Source: an uncultured Actinomycetota bacterium (lineage in GTDB: Bacteria > Actinomycetota > Actinomycetes > JAHEKZ01). Taken from it: a stretch of DNA of 64,000 nt. The position numbers and the translations under genes were made by a program. How positions within the stretch are numbered: position 1 is the first letter of the stretch; each line of letters opens with the position of its first letter. Where the stretch lies: contig CAWHIJ010000003.1 in assembly GCA_963829525.1 (NCBI GenBank), positions 480,001-544,000 of the forward strand. Reading direction: 5' to 3'. A model generated the notes under the pieces. The model was not told the origin of the DNA. It saw only the letters and a program-made list of their open reading frames with translations, and did not search any database. This document shows positions 11,009 through 19,637 of the stretch, piece by piece.

Positions 11009-11219
11009 GACCACAACTGAGACCACGATCTGATCCGTCGAACTCGATTGGACCCTCCAAGCTAACCCACTCGCTTACCTCGCCACACCAGCGAGACGTG
11101 ATGCACCTGATGAACCCGCTTTCCGACTGCCAATCCGTCGCTGCACAGCTCCTCTTGACGCATCTCACGTGCAACGATGCGCGCCAGGGGTTAGTTGATA
11201 GTGCGAAGAAACGTCCGCG
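10911..11219. repeat. ~310-bp non-coding dispersed repeat, copy 2 (att-arm-like)
   Basis: Diverged direct copy of 6792-7102; GCAGGTCA at 10954 and AACTGAGACCAC x2 at 11003-11026. Confidence 0.92.
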
Positions 11220-11254
11220 ATGCCCGAGTGGCCGTCAGGCACAGCAGGGGGCGT

Positions 11255-11770
11255 TCAGCCCCCATCGTCAGTCCACAATGTCGCCTGGTTGGCGGCAGCG
11301 ATGGCCTCGGTCAGATCCAAGGCGCAACTGTAGACGTGGTCCAAGTCTTCTCCTTCAACCGTAGCGAGGGCTGTGCCCGCTGGTGGAAGCGGCTGAAGCC
11401 ACAACTGCCACCGGATTCCGTCGGGACCTCCGTCCGATGCGAAGCAGCCCAGTGTGTAGTCGCTACTGCCGTCACGGATGGGTGAACCGTGGCTTGTACC
11501 CCACTTCGCGCTGGATCCGTCCGGCCAACTGAGCGATAGAGACAACCAATCAGGGTGGCTTGGTTCGAACCGAAGGTCCCATTCATGGCTGGGCGACCGC
11601 GCGGCCACAAGCAGGGTGAGATCCAGACGTAATCCGTCCGGGTATGCCGCTGGGCACGTGAGGGTCACAACAGCATTGTTGGCATGGGCAATTACTGCGC
11701 CGAATCCGGGGAAGCCGGGAATCCAGCCTCGGAAATCCGGCGGCCAGCCTTGCTGTTGCCCCTCGGCCAA
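11255..11770 (-). CDS. Hypothetical protein (actinobacterial AYPDG...WLQPLPP..LW type)
   Basis: GGAGG RBS before TTG 11770; globular composition. Confidence 0.65.
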   Translation of the reverse strand: MAEGQQQGWPPDFRGWIPGFPGFGAVIAHANNAVVTLTCPAAYPDGLRLDLTLLVAARSPSHEWDLRFEPSHPDWLSLSLSWPDGSSAKWGTSHGSPIRDGSSDYTLGCFASDGGPDGIRWQLWLQPLPPAGTALATVEGEDLDHVYSCALDLTEAIAAANQATLWTDDGG

Positions 11771-11813
11771 TTTTGACCTCCGTGACCCATTCCAATGAAC
11801 CGGGACAAGCAAC

Positions 11814-11993
11814 CTATGGTTGCGTATTGGGGCAAGCCCAGCCACCGTTGCGCTCACTCGGCGGCAGCTGGCACTGGTTGCTAGGCATAGCGGGTTCGTG
11901 CGCCGTGGCGGCGCGACTAGAGGCAAGACCAACGGTCAGAACTACGAAGGTCATGGCGATGAGCGCCTGGCTACGCCGGGATCTCAGGGTCAT
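11814..11993 (-). CDS. 59-aa secreted peptide or stub paralogous to the N-terminus of the upstream secreted protein
   Basis: GGGAG RBS, signal peptide and QCQLPPSERNGGWACP, matching QCSVPVDSRTGAWTCP of 12059-12871. Confidence 0.65.
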   Translation of the reverse strand: MTLRSRRSQALIAMTFVVLTVGLASSRAATAHEPAMPSNQCQLPPSERNGGWACPNTQP

Positions 11994-12058
11994 CTTCACA
12001 TACTCCCGACTCGTCACTAGCGCGACTCCCTTGGTCCCAGGCGCTTCCGTGCACTGCG

Positions 12059-12871
12059 TCACTTCCAACCGCTCCCCGCGGGGTCTTGCGGCACGCATGA
12101 ATCGCACTGCGAGTTGTACGCCCCACTCGACTGCCTTGCCAGTTTGATCGACTTCGCCCACATGTACCAAGTTCCAGGGTACTGGGATGAGTAGTCTTGC
12201 CACTGCGCCTCGTTAGCCACTGTGACGTAGGCAACCCCGTTGGTCCATGACTTACCGGGCGATGGCCATTGAGTCGACACTCCGCCTGCTGCTGATCCCC
12301 AGGACTTCTGGGCATACAAGATCGGGTCTTGGTGATTCCCTTCGGGACGAGCGGAAGACACATAGAGGTCTTCGGTGCTAATGATGATGTTGGTCGTTCC
12401 TCTGCTTGCCGAGAACCACAGCGGATAGGCCTTGATGTTGCTCCCCTTTGCCACGATCTTGAAGTGAAGCCGTCCAGTTCCAAGCATTGTGCCGCCGTAC
12501 CCGTACGTCACACTGCCGTCAAAGGTGTTGGTGGCGCTGTCAATCTTGGTCCAGCAACCATCGATCGTGCACCACCCGGTGCCAGCCGCAGCCACGTCAG
12601 CTGCCGATACCAGCTTCTTGCCGAGCGCTGCCCGCGCTGCCCGCGCAGCCCGCGCAGCCGACGTCGGTGTTGTATCTGGACACGTCCACGCCCCTGTGCG
12701 GGAATCGACCGGGACGGAACACTGGTCCGTCGAGGGATCGCTCGTTGTTGTGGCTGTGTACCCGACGGCGATCGTGGTCCGTGAGCTTGAGACTGCGCCG
12801 GACGCGGCCTGAGGCGCTATCGCCAGCATCAGGAGCACTGCACCGAGGAACGACCAGACTCTGATTGTCAT
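12059..12871 (-). CDS. Secreted hypothetical protein (Trp/Cys/Gly-rich)
   Basis: Sec-type signal peptide, paired cysteines, beta-rich mature part. Confidence 0.75.
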   Translation of the reverse strand: MTIRVWSFLGAVLLMLAIAPQAASGAVSSSRTTIAVGYTATTTSDPSTDQCSVPVDSRTGAWTCPDTTPTSAARAARAARAALGKKLVSAADVAAAGTGWCTIDGCWTKIDSATNTFDGSVTYGYGGTMLGTGRLHFKIVAKGSNIKAYPLWFSASRGTTNIIISTEDLYVSSARPEGNHQDPILYAQKSWGSAAGGVSTQWPSPGKSWTNGVAYVTVANEAQWQDYSSQYPGTWYMWAKSIKLARQSSGAYNSQCDSCVPQDPAGSGWK

Positions 12872-12952
12872 GAGCAACGCCCCGATCGTCTCTGCAACTG
12901 CACGCCCTGTATACAGGTCTCGTATCCCGCGCACAAGAGGTCACGTTGACTC

Positions 12953-13185
12953 TGACGGGTCCCCGTGAACTGATCCACGGTGTGTGAGAGTCATTCATTG
13001 GTGGGTGCAGAGGCCGCGTAGTGGGCTGGTGTTCGCTAGCCCAACGATGAGTGCCTGCGGTGGTGGTTGTATTCGTCCTTGCAGTCGCCGATCACGACCC
13101 TGGCGTGTGCCAGGGACCAGAACAGGTTGATGTTCAGGCATTCGTCGCGCAGTCGTCCGTTGAACGATTCGATGTAGCCGAAGCG
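12953..13185 (-). pseudogene. IS3-family transposase 3' remnant with probable terminal IR
   Basis: GYIESFNGRLRDECLN...EYNHHRRHSSLG, then a premature TAG before RTPAHYAA. A TG-starting end sequence lies at 12953; the 5' part is missing. Confidence 0.85.
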
Positions 13186-13552
13186 GCTACGTTCACGTCC
13201 CTTCGAGCGGTGTAACTGGGGCGCTGAACCTGGTCGGCTTTGCGGTGATGCTGGTTGGACTGTCGCCCGTCGAGGGACGAGGGCGTGATCGCCCACGGCT
13301 CTCACCCGTGAACTTCGACAAGCAGACCGCTGCACTCGTCTTGCACCGTGCCTGTGACCGTTGGCCCGGCTGGCGGTAAGTGTTGCTGGAACCGTTGGCA
13401 ACTTGGATTCCGTGTTCGCGTCGGGTCGCAGTGGTGCATCCGGATCTTGTTCGCGCCGGGACTTCGTCTTGGGGGTCGTTCTGCACACCTGTTGTTGTGA
13501 GGTCGGCGCGATGTGCGTCGGCCCGTGACGGGTCAGGGCGGTGGGCGCGGTG

Positions 13553-16510
13553 ATGTCGATGCACCGCCTGTCGGCCGGGAACGGCTTCCGGTATCTGCTG
13601 AACACCACCGCCACGTCTGACGTGGAACGTACGCCCGGGCTTCCGTTGGTGGAGTACTACGCGGAATCGGGGAACCCACATGGACGCTGGGTCGGCGGCG
13701 GACTATCCGGTCTAGGTGAGGGTCAGGGCATCCCGGTCGGCACTGAGGTGTCCGAGGCAGCGATGACCGCAGTGTTCGGCCACGCGGCCGACCCGGTGAC
13801 GGGGTCCGCACTTGGTCGGCCGTTTCCCACGCGGACCGGGGTCGACGGCGTAGCCCGCCCGTCCGGTGTGGCGGGCTATGACCTGACGTTCACGGTCGTG
13901 AAGTCGGTCAGTGTGTTGTGGGCTCTGGGGGACGAAAACACACGCACTGTGGTGACGGCCGCACACCACGCGGCGGTCACCCAGACCCTGGCAGCGTTGG
14001 AGGACCGGGTGGCCGCGACCCGGGTTGGACATGGCGGCGCAAGCCGCGTGGCAACCCGCGGAGTCATCGCGGCGGCTTTCGACCATCCCGACACCAGGCA
14101 CGGTGACCCAAACCTGCACACCCACGTGGTGGTCGCCAACCGCGTCCAGGCCGCCGACGGTCAATGGCGGACTCTGGACGGCCGAGTCATGTTTGCGGCT
14201 GCGGTGGCGTTATCGGAGACCTACGACGGCCTCCTCGCCGACGAGCTCGCTCGAAGGCTTGAGGTTGGTTTCGGGTCGCGCGACCGCGGTCCCAGGCGGT
14301 CCGCGGCGTTCGAGGTCGACGGCATCGACGAGGAGCTCCTCGCGCTGTTCTCCACCCGTGCCCGAGACATCGACGGCCACTTCCAAGACCTGCTGGTCGA
14401 CTTCCATGTCGACCACGGGAGGGGGCCGTCGCGGGTCGAGGCGATCCGCCTACGGCAGACCGCGACCTTGGCTACTCGTCCCATCAAACGCGCCCGCGCC
14501 TGGGCCGACCTGCTGACCGAGTGGGGCCAACGCGCACGCCTGTTCACCGGGCGCGCCCCGAAAGATCTGCTCGCGGAAGCCCTAAATGGCACCTACGCCC
14601 GGTCGCTGCGGGCGCGCGACATCGGCCCGGGCTCCCGCCAAGACCTCGCCGGATTGGCGGTCGTGGGGGTGCAAGCCAGGAGATCAACGTGGAACGGGTG
14701 GAACCTCGAAGCCGAGGTTGCGCGTCTCACCAAGCCCCTACGATTCGCGACGCCGCGCGATCGTTTGGAGGTTCACGCCAGCCTCGTCGCAACCGCCCAA
14801 GACACCTGTGTCGCCCTTCACGACGCCGACAGCGTAGTTGACCGGTGGACCGCGATGGCGCGGCGCTGGACATCGCCGGCGATCCTGGACGCCGAGTCCC
14901 GCCTGTTGAACGCCGCGACCACCGGGGTCGGGCCAGCCGTCGATGAACGGCTCGCGTCGCGGGTGGCGGCCGCGACGACCTCAGCCCAGGACCTGCCCAG
15001 GTCGCTATCTGATCGCGGTATCGGGCGACTCTCACCCGATCAGGCCGCAGCGCTCGTGGCGGTGTGCACGTCCGGGCACGGAGTGCAGGTCCTCGTCGGC
15101 CCCGCCGGATCGGGGAAGACCACCACCCTGAAAGCCATCAAGGGCCTGTGGTCGATGGACCGTCGCAACACCGCCGGGGTCATCGGGCTGGCGCCGTCCG
15201 CGGCGGCCGCCCAAGAACTCAGCACGGCCCTGGGGGTGCGGTGTGAGACCACCGCGAAGTGGCTGCACGAGACCATCGGCCCTGGCGGGCAACAACGCGC
15301 CGCGACCCTCACCGCCTTGACTGACGGCTCTCAGCCCCGAACGACATCAGGTAGTCGGGCCGATGCCCGAGGTCAGGTCGCCTGGCGGCTACGCGGCGAG
15401 CAGGCCCGGTGGCGGCTCAAGGCCGGGCAGCTGCTCATCGTCGATGAGGCCACCCTCGCCGGCACCCTGGACCTGGACCACCTCTTGAGCCAAGCCCAAG
15501 CCGCCGGCGCCGGGGTGCTGCTGGTCGGCGACCACCATCAGCTCAGCGCTGTCCAGGCAGGCGGCGCCTTCGGGCTCCTCGCCCGCCGGACCTCCCCCGC
15601 AGAGCTGACTGGGCTGTGGAGATTCGCCGACCGTTGGGAGGCCCGAGCCACCCGCCTACTGCGCCACGGACACCCCGACGCGCTGGACGCCTACGACACC
15701 CACGGCAGGCTCCACGCCGGCACCCGTCAGCAGATGATCGAAGACGCTTACCAAAGCTGGCGAGTAGACCATGACGCCGGGCGCGAGTCGCTGCTCATCG
15801 CCGCGGACAACGCCACCGTCCTGGAACTGAACACCCGGGTTCGAACCGACAACATCACCGCGGGTCGGGCCAGCGCAGCAGGGGTCGATCTCGTCGACGG
15901 AAACACCGCCGGGGTCGGCGACCGGGTCATCACCCGAGATAACAACCGCGCCCTGCCCGATGGCAAAGGCGGGCACATCCACAACGGCGACACTTGGACG
16001 ATCACCGCCCTCGGCGACGACGGCTCAGTCACCGTCACCCCCGCCCAGTCGGTCTCGGGTCAGCCGTGCCGTCCGGTGCGACTCCCCGGTGGATACGTGG
16101 CCGAGCACGTCGACCTCGGCTATGCGATCACCACTCAACGCGTCCAGTCCAGAACCGTCGACACCACCCACGTCATCGCCACGCGCGGCATGAGTCGCGA
16201 ACACCTTTACGTCGCCCTCACCCGGGGACGAGCCGACAACCACGCCTACACCCCTCTCGATACAGGCTCCGGAGTTGACATCGAAGAGCCGCACCTGCGA
16301 GCCGACGGCGCCAGCTTGAACGAAACAGGTTGCGATGTCCTCAAGCAGATCCTCGCCACCAGCAGCGCCGAACCCTCCGCCACCGAATCGCTCGAGTCCG
16401 GGCGCTATCCACAAACCGCTCCCCGGCCCAGGCTCCGTCCACAGAATCAGCCGAACACCTTGCCGCTACCCACCTCCCCGGGTCCAGATGGACCCGGGCT
16501 CACCCGCTAA
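13553..16510 (+). CDS. mobF: MobF/TrwC-family relaxase with SF1 helicase domain
   Basis: MSMHRLSAGNGFRYL, EYY, YDLTF..KSVS and the HUH motif HPDTRHGDPNLHTH. Helicase motifs GPAGSGKTT, LIVDEA, LVGDHHQL, LYVALTRGR. Confidence 0.93.
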   Translation: MSMHRLSAGNGFRYLLNTTATSDVERTPGLPLVEYYAESGNPHGRWVGGGLSGLGEGQGIPVGTEVSEAAMTAVFGHAADPVTGSALGRPFPTRTGVDGVARPSGVAGYDLTFTVVKSVSVLWALGDENTRTVVTAAHHAAVTQTLAALEDRVAATRVGHGGASRVATRGVIAAAFDHPDTRHGDPNLHTHVVVANRVQAADGQWRTLDGRVMFAAAVALSETYDGLLADELARRLEVGFGSRDRGPRRSAAFEVDGIDEELLALFSTRARDIDGHFQDLLVDFHVDHGRGPSRVEAIRLRQTATLATRPIKRARAWADLLTEWGQRARLFTGRAPKDLLAEALNGTYARSLRARDIGPGSRQDLAGLAVVGVQARRSTWNGWNLEAEVARLTKPLRFATPRDRLEVHASLVATAQDTCVALHDADSVVDRWTAMARRWTSPAILDAESRLLNAATTGVGPAVDERLASRVAAATTSAQDLPRSLSDRGIGRLSPDQAAALVAVCTSGHGVQVLVGPAGSGKTTTLKAIKGLWSMDRRNTAGVIGLAPSAAAAQELSTALGVRCETTAKWLHETIGPGGQQRAATLTALTDGSQPRTTSGSRADARGQVAWRLRGEQARWRLKAGQLLIVDEATLAGTLDLDHLLSQAQAAGAGVLLVGDHHQLSAVQAGGAFGLLARRTSPAELTGLWRFADRWEARATRLLRHGHPDALDAYDTHGRLHAGTRQQMIEDAYQSWRVDHDAGRESLLIAADNATVLELNTRVRTDNITAGRASAAGVDLVDGNTAGVGDRVITRDNNRALPDGKGGHIHNGDTWTITALGDDGSVTVTPAQSVSGQPCRPVRLPGGYVAEHVDLGYAITTQRVQSRTVDTTHVIATRGMSREHLYVALTRGRADNHAYTPLDTGSGVDIEEPHLRADGASLNETGCDVLKQILATSSAEPSATESLESGRYPQTAPRPRLRPQNQPNTLPLPTSPGPDGPGLTR

Positions 16511-16535
16511 CCAACGCAACGAGAAGAGAGCCGAC

Positions 16536-16754
16536 ATGCCACGGTCCGCCGCCACCGCTGACAGCACCTGCGTCCTGCTCACCGTCGAGCAGGCCGCCCA
16601 CCGCCTCGGGATCGGACGCACCATGGCGTTCGCGCTGATCGCACAAGGGCGGCTGACGACCGTCCGGATCGGCCGCCTGCGCCGCATCCCCGTCGAGGCC
16701 CTTCCGGAGTTCGTGGAATCACTGAGTCATGGTGAGCCGTGCGACCCTAAGTGA
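16536..16754 (+). CDS. xis: Excisionase / HTH_17 DNA-binding protein
   Basis: LLTVEQAAHRLGIGRT...IGRLRRIP; purine-rich RBS; directly upstream of the integrase. Confidence 0.88.
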   Translation: MPRSAATADSTCVLLTVEQAAHRLGIGRTMAFALIAQGRLTTVRIGRLRRIPVEALPEFVESLSHGEPCDPK

Positions 16755-16781
16755 CGTACGGCCGTTCAGAATGGATTGCAG

Positions 16782-17987
16782 ATGAGCCCTCCCGAATCAC
16801 AGCAACAGGGCGCGACGGGTCGCCGTGGAAGCGTGAAACAGAGCGCGAACGGCACGTGGTTCTTCGTGGTCGATACCACGCCCGAGGGCGCGCCGACTCG
16901 AGAGCAGACTCGCCGACGCGGCTTCGCAACGAGACGGGCTGCTCAAGCTGCCTTGACCAAAACCCTTCGAGACTTGAGCGACCAAACCTACGTCCTGCCC
17001 CTGAGGCAAACCTTCGGTGAATACCTGACCGCAACCTGGCTCCCGGCGATTCGCTCCACCGTTCGTCCCAGCACGTACGACAGCTACGCGCGCAACATTC
17101 GCATCCACGTGACGCCGAAGAGTCTCGCGACTGTTTCCGTGCAGCAGGTGCAGGCTCCCATGCTCAACGCCTTGTACGCAGATCTGCTCGAAGGCCAGCA
17201 CCGACGGCCGCTGTCGCCACGATCAGTGTCGTACGTGCACACGATCCTGCACCGAGCCCTGCGCGACGCCGTCCGATGGAATCTGTTGGCACGAAACCCC
17301 AGCGACTTCGCCGACCCTCCCCGGGCTCGGCCATCGGAGCAGGTCCGCGAACGAACCTGGACCAGCATCGAGGTCGCGCGATTCCTCAAGGCCACGTCCG
17401 CCAGCCGGCACTCCACACTCTGGCGCTTGTACGCCACCACCGGGTTGCGGCGCGGGGAAGCACTCGGGCTGCGATGGGACGACATCGATCTCAGCGGCGG
17501 ACGGCTGTCGGTCAACCGAACGCTCGTTCAGAGCCACGACTACGCCCGCGGGGACACCGGTCTGAACTGGGGTACACCCAAGACAGCCCGCGGCCGACGG
17601 ACGGTCGCACTAGATCCCGACACCGTCTCCGCACTGCGAGCGCACCGCGCTCGCCAGCTCGAGGAACGACTGCGGGCGGGCTCCGGCTACGACGACCAGG
17701 GCTTGGTGTTTTGCAGCCGCGCAGGGGAACCGCTCCACCCGAAAGTGATCTCCAACTTGTTCCGCAAAGCCGTGCAACGCCACGACATGCCTTACCTCTC
17801 GGTGCACGGCCTACGGCACACGTGGGCGACTCTCGCGCTTCAGGCAGGCGTGCACCCGAAGATCGTCCAGGAGCGACTCGGCCACTCGACGATCTCGATC
17901 ACCCTCGACATCTACAGCCATGTGAACCCGGCGATGGACGCCGAAGCCGCCAACACCGTCGCGGCACTCATCCGTCGCGATTCATGA
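16782..17987 (+). CDS. int: Tyrosine integrase
   Basis: TGLRRGE (R), TPKT (K), HGLRH, RLGHS, DIYSH (Y); N-terminal arm-binding-like region; converges on the tRNA 3' end. Confidence 0.96.
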   Translation: MSPPESQQQGATGRRGSVKQSANGTWFFVVDTTPEGAPTREQTRRRGFATRRAAQAALTKTLRDLSDQTYVLPLRQTFGEYLTATWLPAIRSTVRPSTYDSYARNIRIHVTPKSLATVSVQQVQAPMLNALYADLLEGQHRRPLSPRSVSYVHTILHRALRDAVRWNLLARNPSDFADPPRARPSEQVRERTWTSIEVARFLKATSASRHSTLWRLYATTGLRRGEALGLRWDDIDLSGGRLSVNRTLVQSHDYARGDTGLNWGTPKTARGRRTVALDPDTVSALRAHRARQLEERLRAGSGYDDQGLVFCSRAGEPLHPKVISNLFRKAVQRHDMPYLSVHGLRHTWATLALQAGVHPKIVQERLGHSTISITLDIYSHVNPAMDAEAANTVAALIRRDS

Positions 17988-18042
17988 CACGTCCCGCACA
18001 GAGCGGGCGCGGTCACGGTCGTTTTCGGAGGGTCGCTCAGTT

Positions 18043-18065
18043 CCTGTGACCAATCCTGTGACCAA
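18043..18065. promoter_or_regulatory. Putative integrase arm-type sites, right end (CCTGTGACCAA x2, 12-bp period)
   Basis: Matches the motif at 6664-6684. Confidence 0.7.
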
Positions 18066-18086
18066 AGGGCCGATTTCGGCCCTAAA

Positions 18087-18131
18087 CCAGTCAGCCGGTG
18101 CCTCTGACCTGCGGAGACACCGGCTGACTGG
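18087..18131 (-). terminator. Element-borne hairpin directly downstream of tRNA-Pro
   Basis: 14-bp perfect stem CCAGTCAGCCGGTG/CACCGGCTGACTGG; second hairpin at 18066-18083. Confidence 0.7.
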
Positions 18132-18133
18132 CG

Positions 18134-18207
<74 letters not shown>

Positions 18208-18256
18208 CCAAAGCCTGGTCAGCCTACCGAACCGTGGGCAACCGCCCGAAATCGCC

Positions 18257-19141
18257 TCAATCGGCTGGCACGAGGGTGAGCAGTGTTGCCTCAGGTGGGC
18301 AGGCGAACCGGATCGGTGCTGTCGGTGATGTGCCGAGACCGGCTGAGACGTGTAGCCAGGCGTCACCTCGCACGTGCAGCCCACTGGCTTGAGAAGTCGG
18401 CAGGTCGCAGTTGGTGACGAGCGCCCCGAAGCCAGGGAGGCGAAGTTGGCCACCGTGGGTGTGACCGGCAAAGATCAAGTCGAAGCCGTCGCCAGCCATG
18501 GAGTCTACGACGCGCAAATAGGGCGCGTGGGTGACGCCAATGCGCAGGACGCCATGCTCGGGTGCGCGGTAGGTGACATCCGCGTAGCGGTCCAGGCCAA
18601 GGTGAGGATCGTCGGTACCCGCGGCAGCGATCCTCTGTTGCCGCACCTTGAGGTCGGCATCGTGGTTGTTGAGATCAATCCATCCTCGCGAAACAAACCC
18701 ATCGCGAAGGGCCTTCCACGGCAACGGCTCTCCGAGGATCCGGCCGCCCGAATCTGGCAATAGGTATCGCGCGGGGTTCTTCCACACCGGCCCGTAGTAG
18801 TCGTTCGACCCCATGACGAAGACACCGGGGATGTCGAGCAGGGGATCAAGGGTCTTGAGCACAACCGGGACGGCGTCAGGATGTGCCAGGTTGTCACCCG
18901 TGTTGACGATGAGGTCGGGCTCGAGAGCCGCAAGTTGACGCACCCACGCCGCCTTTCCCTTCTGACGAGGGATCAGGTGCAGATCGGACAGGTGCAGAAT
19001 CCGTAGTGGTTCGGCTCCTTCGTCCAGCGTCGGAACTGTGATTCGGCGCAGACGGTATTGGTGGGCCTCCCACGCGGCATAGGCGATGCCGGCCGTCTGG
19101 GCTGCGACAGCGGCTGCGAGAAGTCTTCGGCCTCGGGACAC
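18257..19141 (-). CDS. Metallophosphoesterase (YkuE-like)
   Basis: DLH, TGDN, GSND, GHTHGGQ and GLGTS motifs. Confidence 0.92.
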   Translation of the reverse strand: MSRGRRLLAAAVAAQTAGIAYAAWEAHQYRLRRITVPTLDEGAEPLRILHLSDLHLIPRQKGKAAWVRQLAALEPDLIVNTGDNLAHPDAVPVVLKTLDPLLDIPGVFVMGSNDYYGPVWKNPARYLLPDSGGRILGEPLPWKALRDGFVSRGWIDLNNHDADLKVRQQRIAAAGTDDPHLGLDRYADVTYRAPEHGVLRIGVTHAPYLRVVDSMAGDGFDLIFAGHTHGGQLRLPGFGALVTNCDLPTSQASGLHVRGDAWLHVSAGLGTSPTAPIRFACPPEATLLTLVPAD

Positions 19142-19184
19142 AGAAATAGTGTGACACCTAGGCTGTCTAGGCGAAGATGGAGGC

Positions 19185-19637
19185 ATGAGCCTCAAGGAGC
19201 AGTTGCACGCGGATCTCACCGACGCGATGCGGGCCAAGGACGACGTTCGGCGTTCGACCCTGCGCATGGTCCTCACCTCTGTTACCAACGAGGAGGTGGC
19301 AGGCAAGCAGGCTCGTGAGCTTTCCGACGACGAGGTGCTGAAAGTGCTGGTCCGCGAGCTGAAGAAGCGCAAGGAAGCTGCCACCGCATACACCGACGCC
19401 GGACACCCCGACCGTGCGGACTCCGAGCTCGCTGAAGCCGCCATCATCGAGGCCTATCTGCCAGCCCAACTTGCCGATGAAGAGCTCGCTGCGTTGGTCA
19501 CCTCGGCGATCACCGAAAGCGGAGCATCCGGCCCTCAGGCGATGGGGCAGGTGATGAAGTCAGTTCAGCCGAAGGTCGCTGGGCGCGCAGATGGCGGACG
19601 AGTTGCTGCCGAGGTCAAGCGCCAGCTCAACGGTTGA
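19185..19637 (+). CDS. GatB/YqeY domain protein
   Basis: MSLKEQL..DLTDAMRAKD, YLPAQL, MGQVMK...GRADG. Confidence 0.93.
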   Translation: MSLKEQLHADLTDAMRAKDDVRRSTLRMVLTSVTNEEVAGKQARELSDDEVLKVLVRELKKRKEAATAYTDAGHPDRADSELAEAAIIEAYLPAQLADEELAALVTSAITESGASGPQAMGQVMKSVQPKVAGRADGGRVAAEVKRQLNG

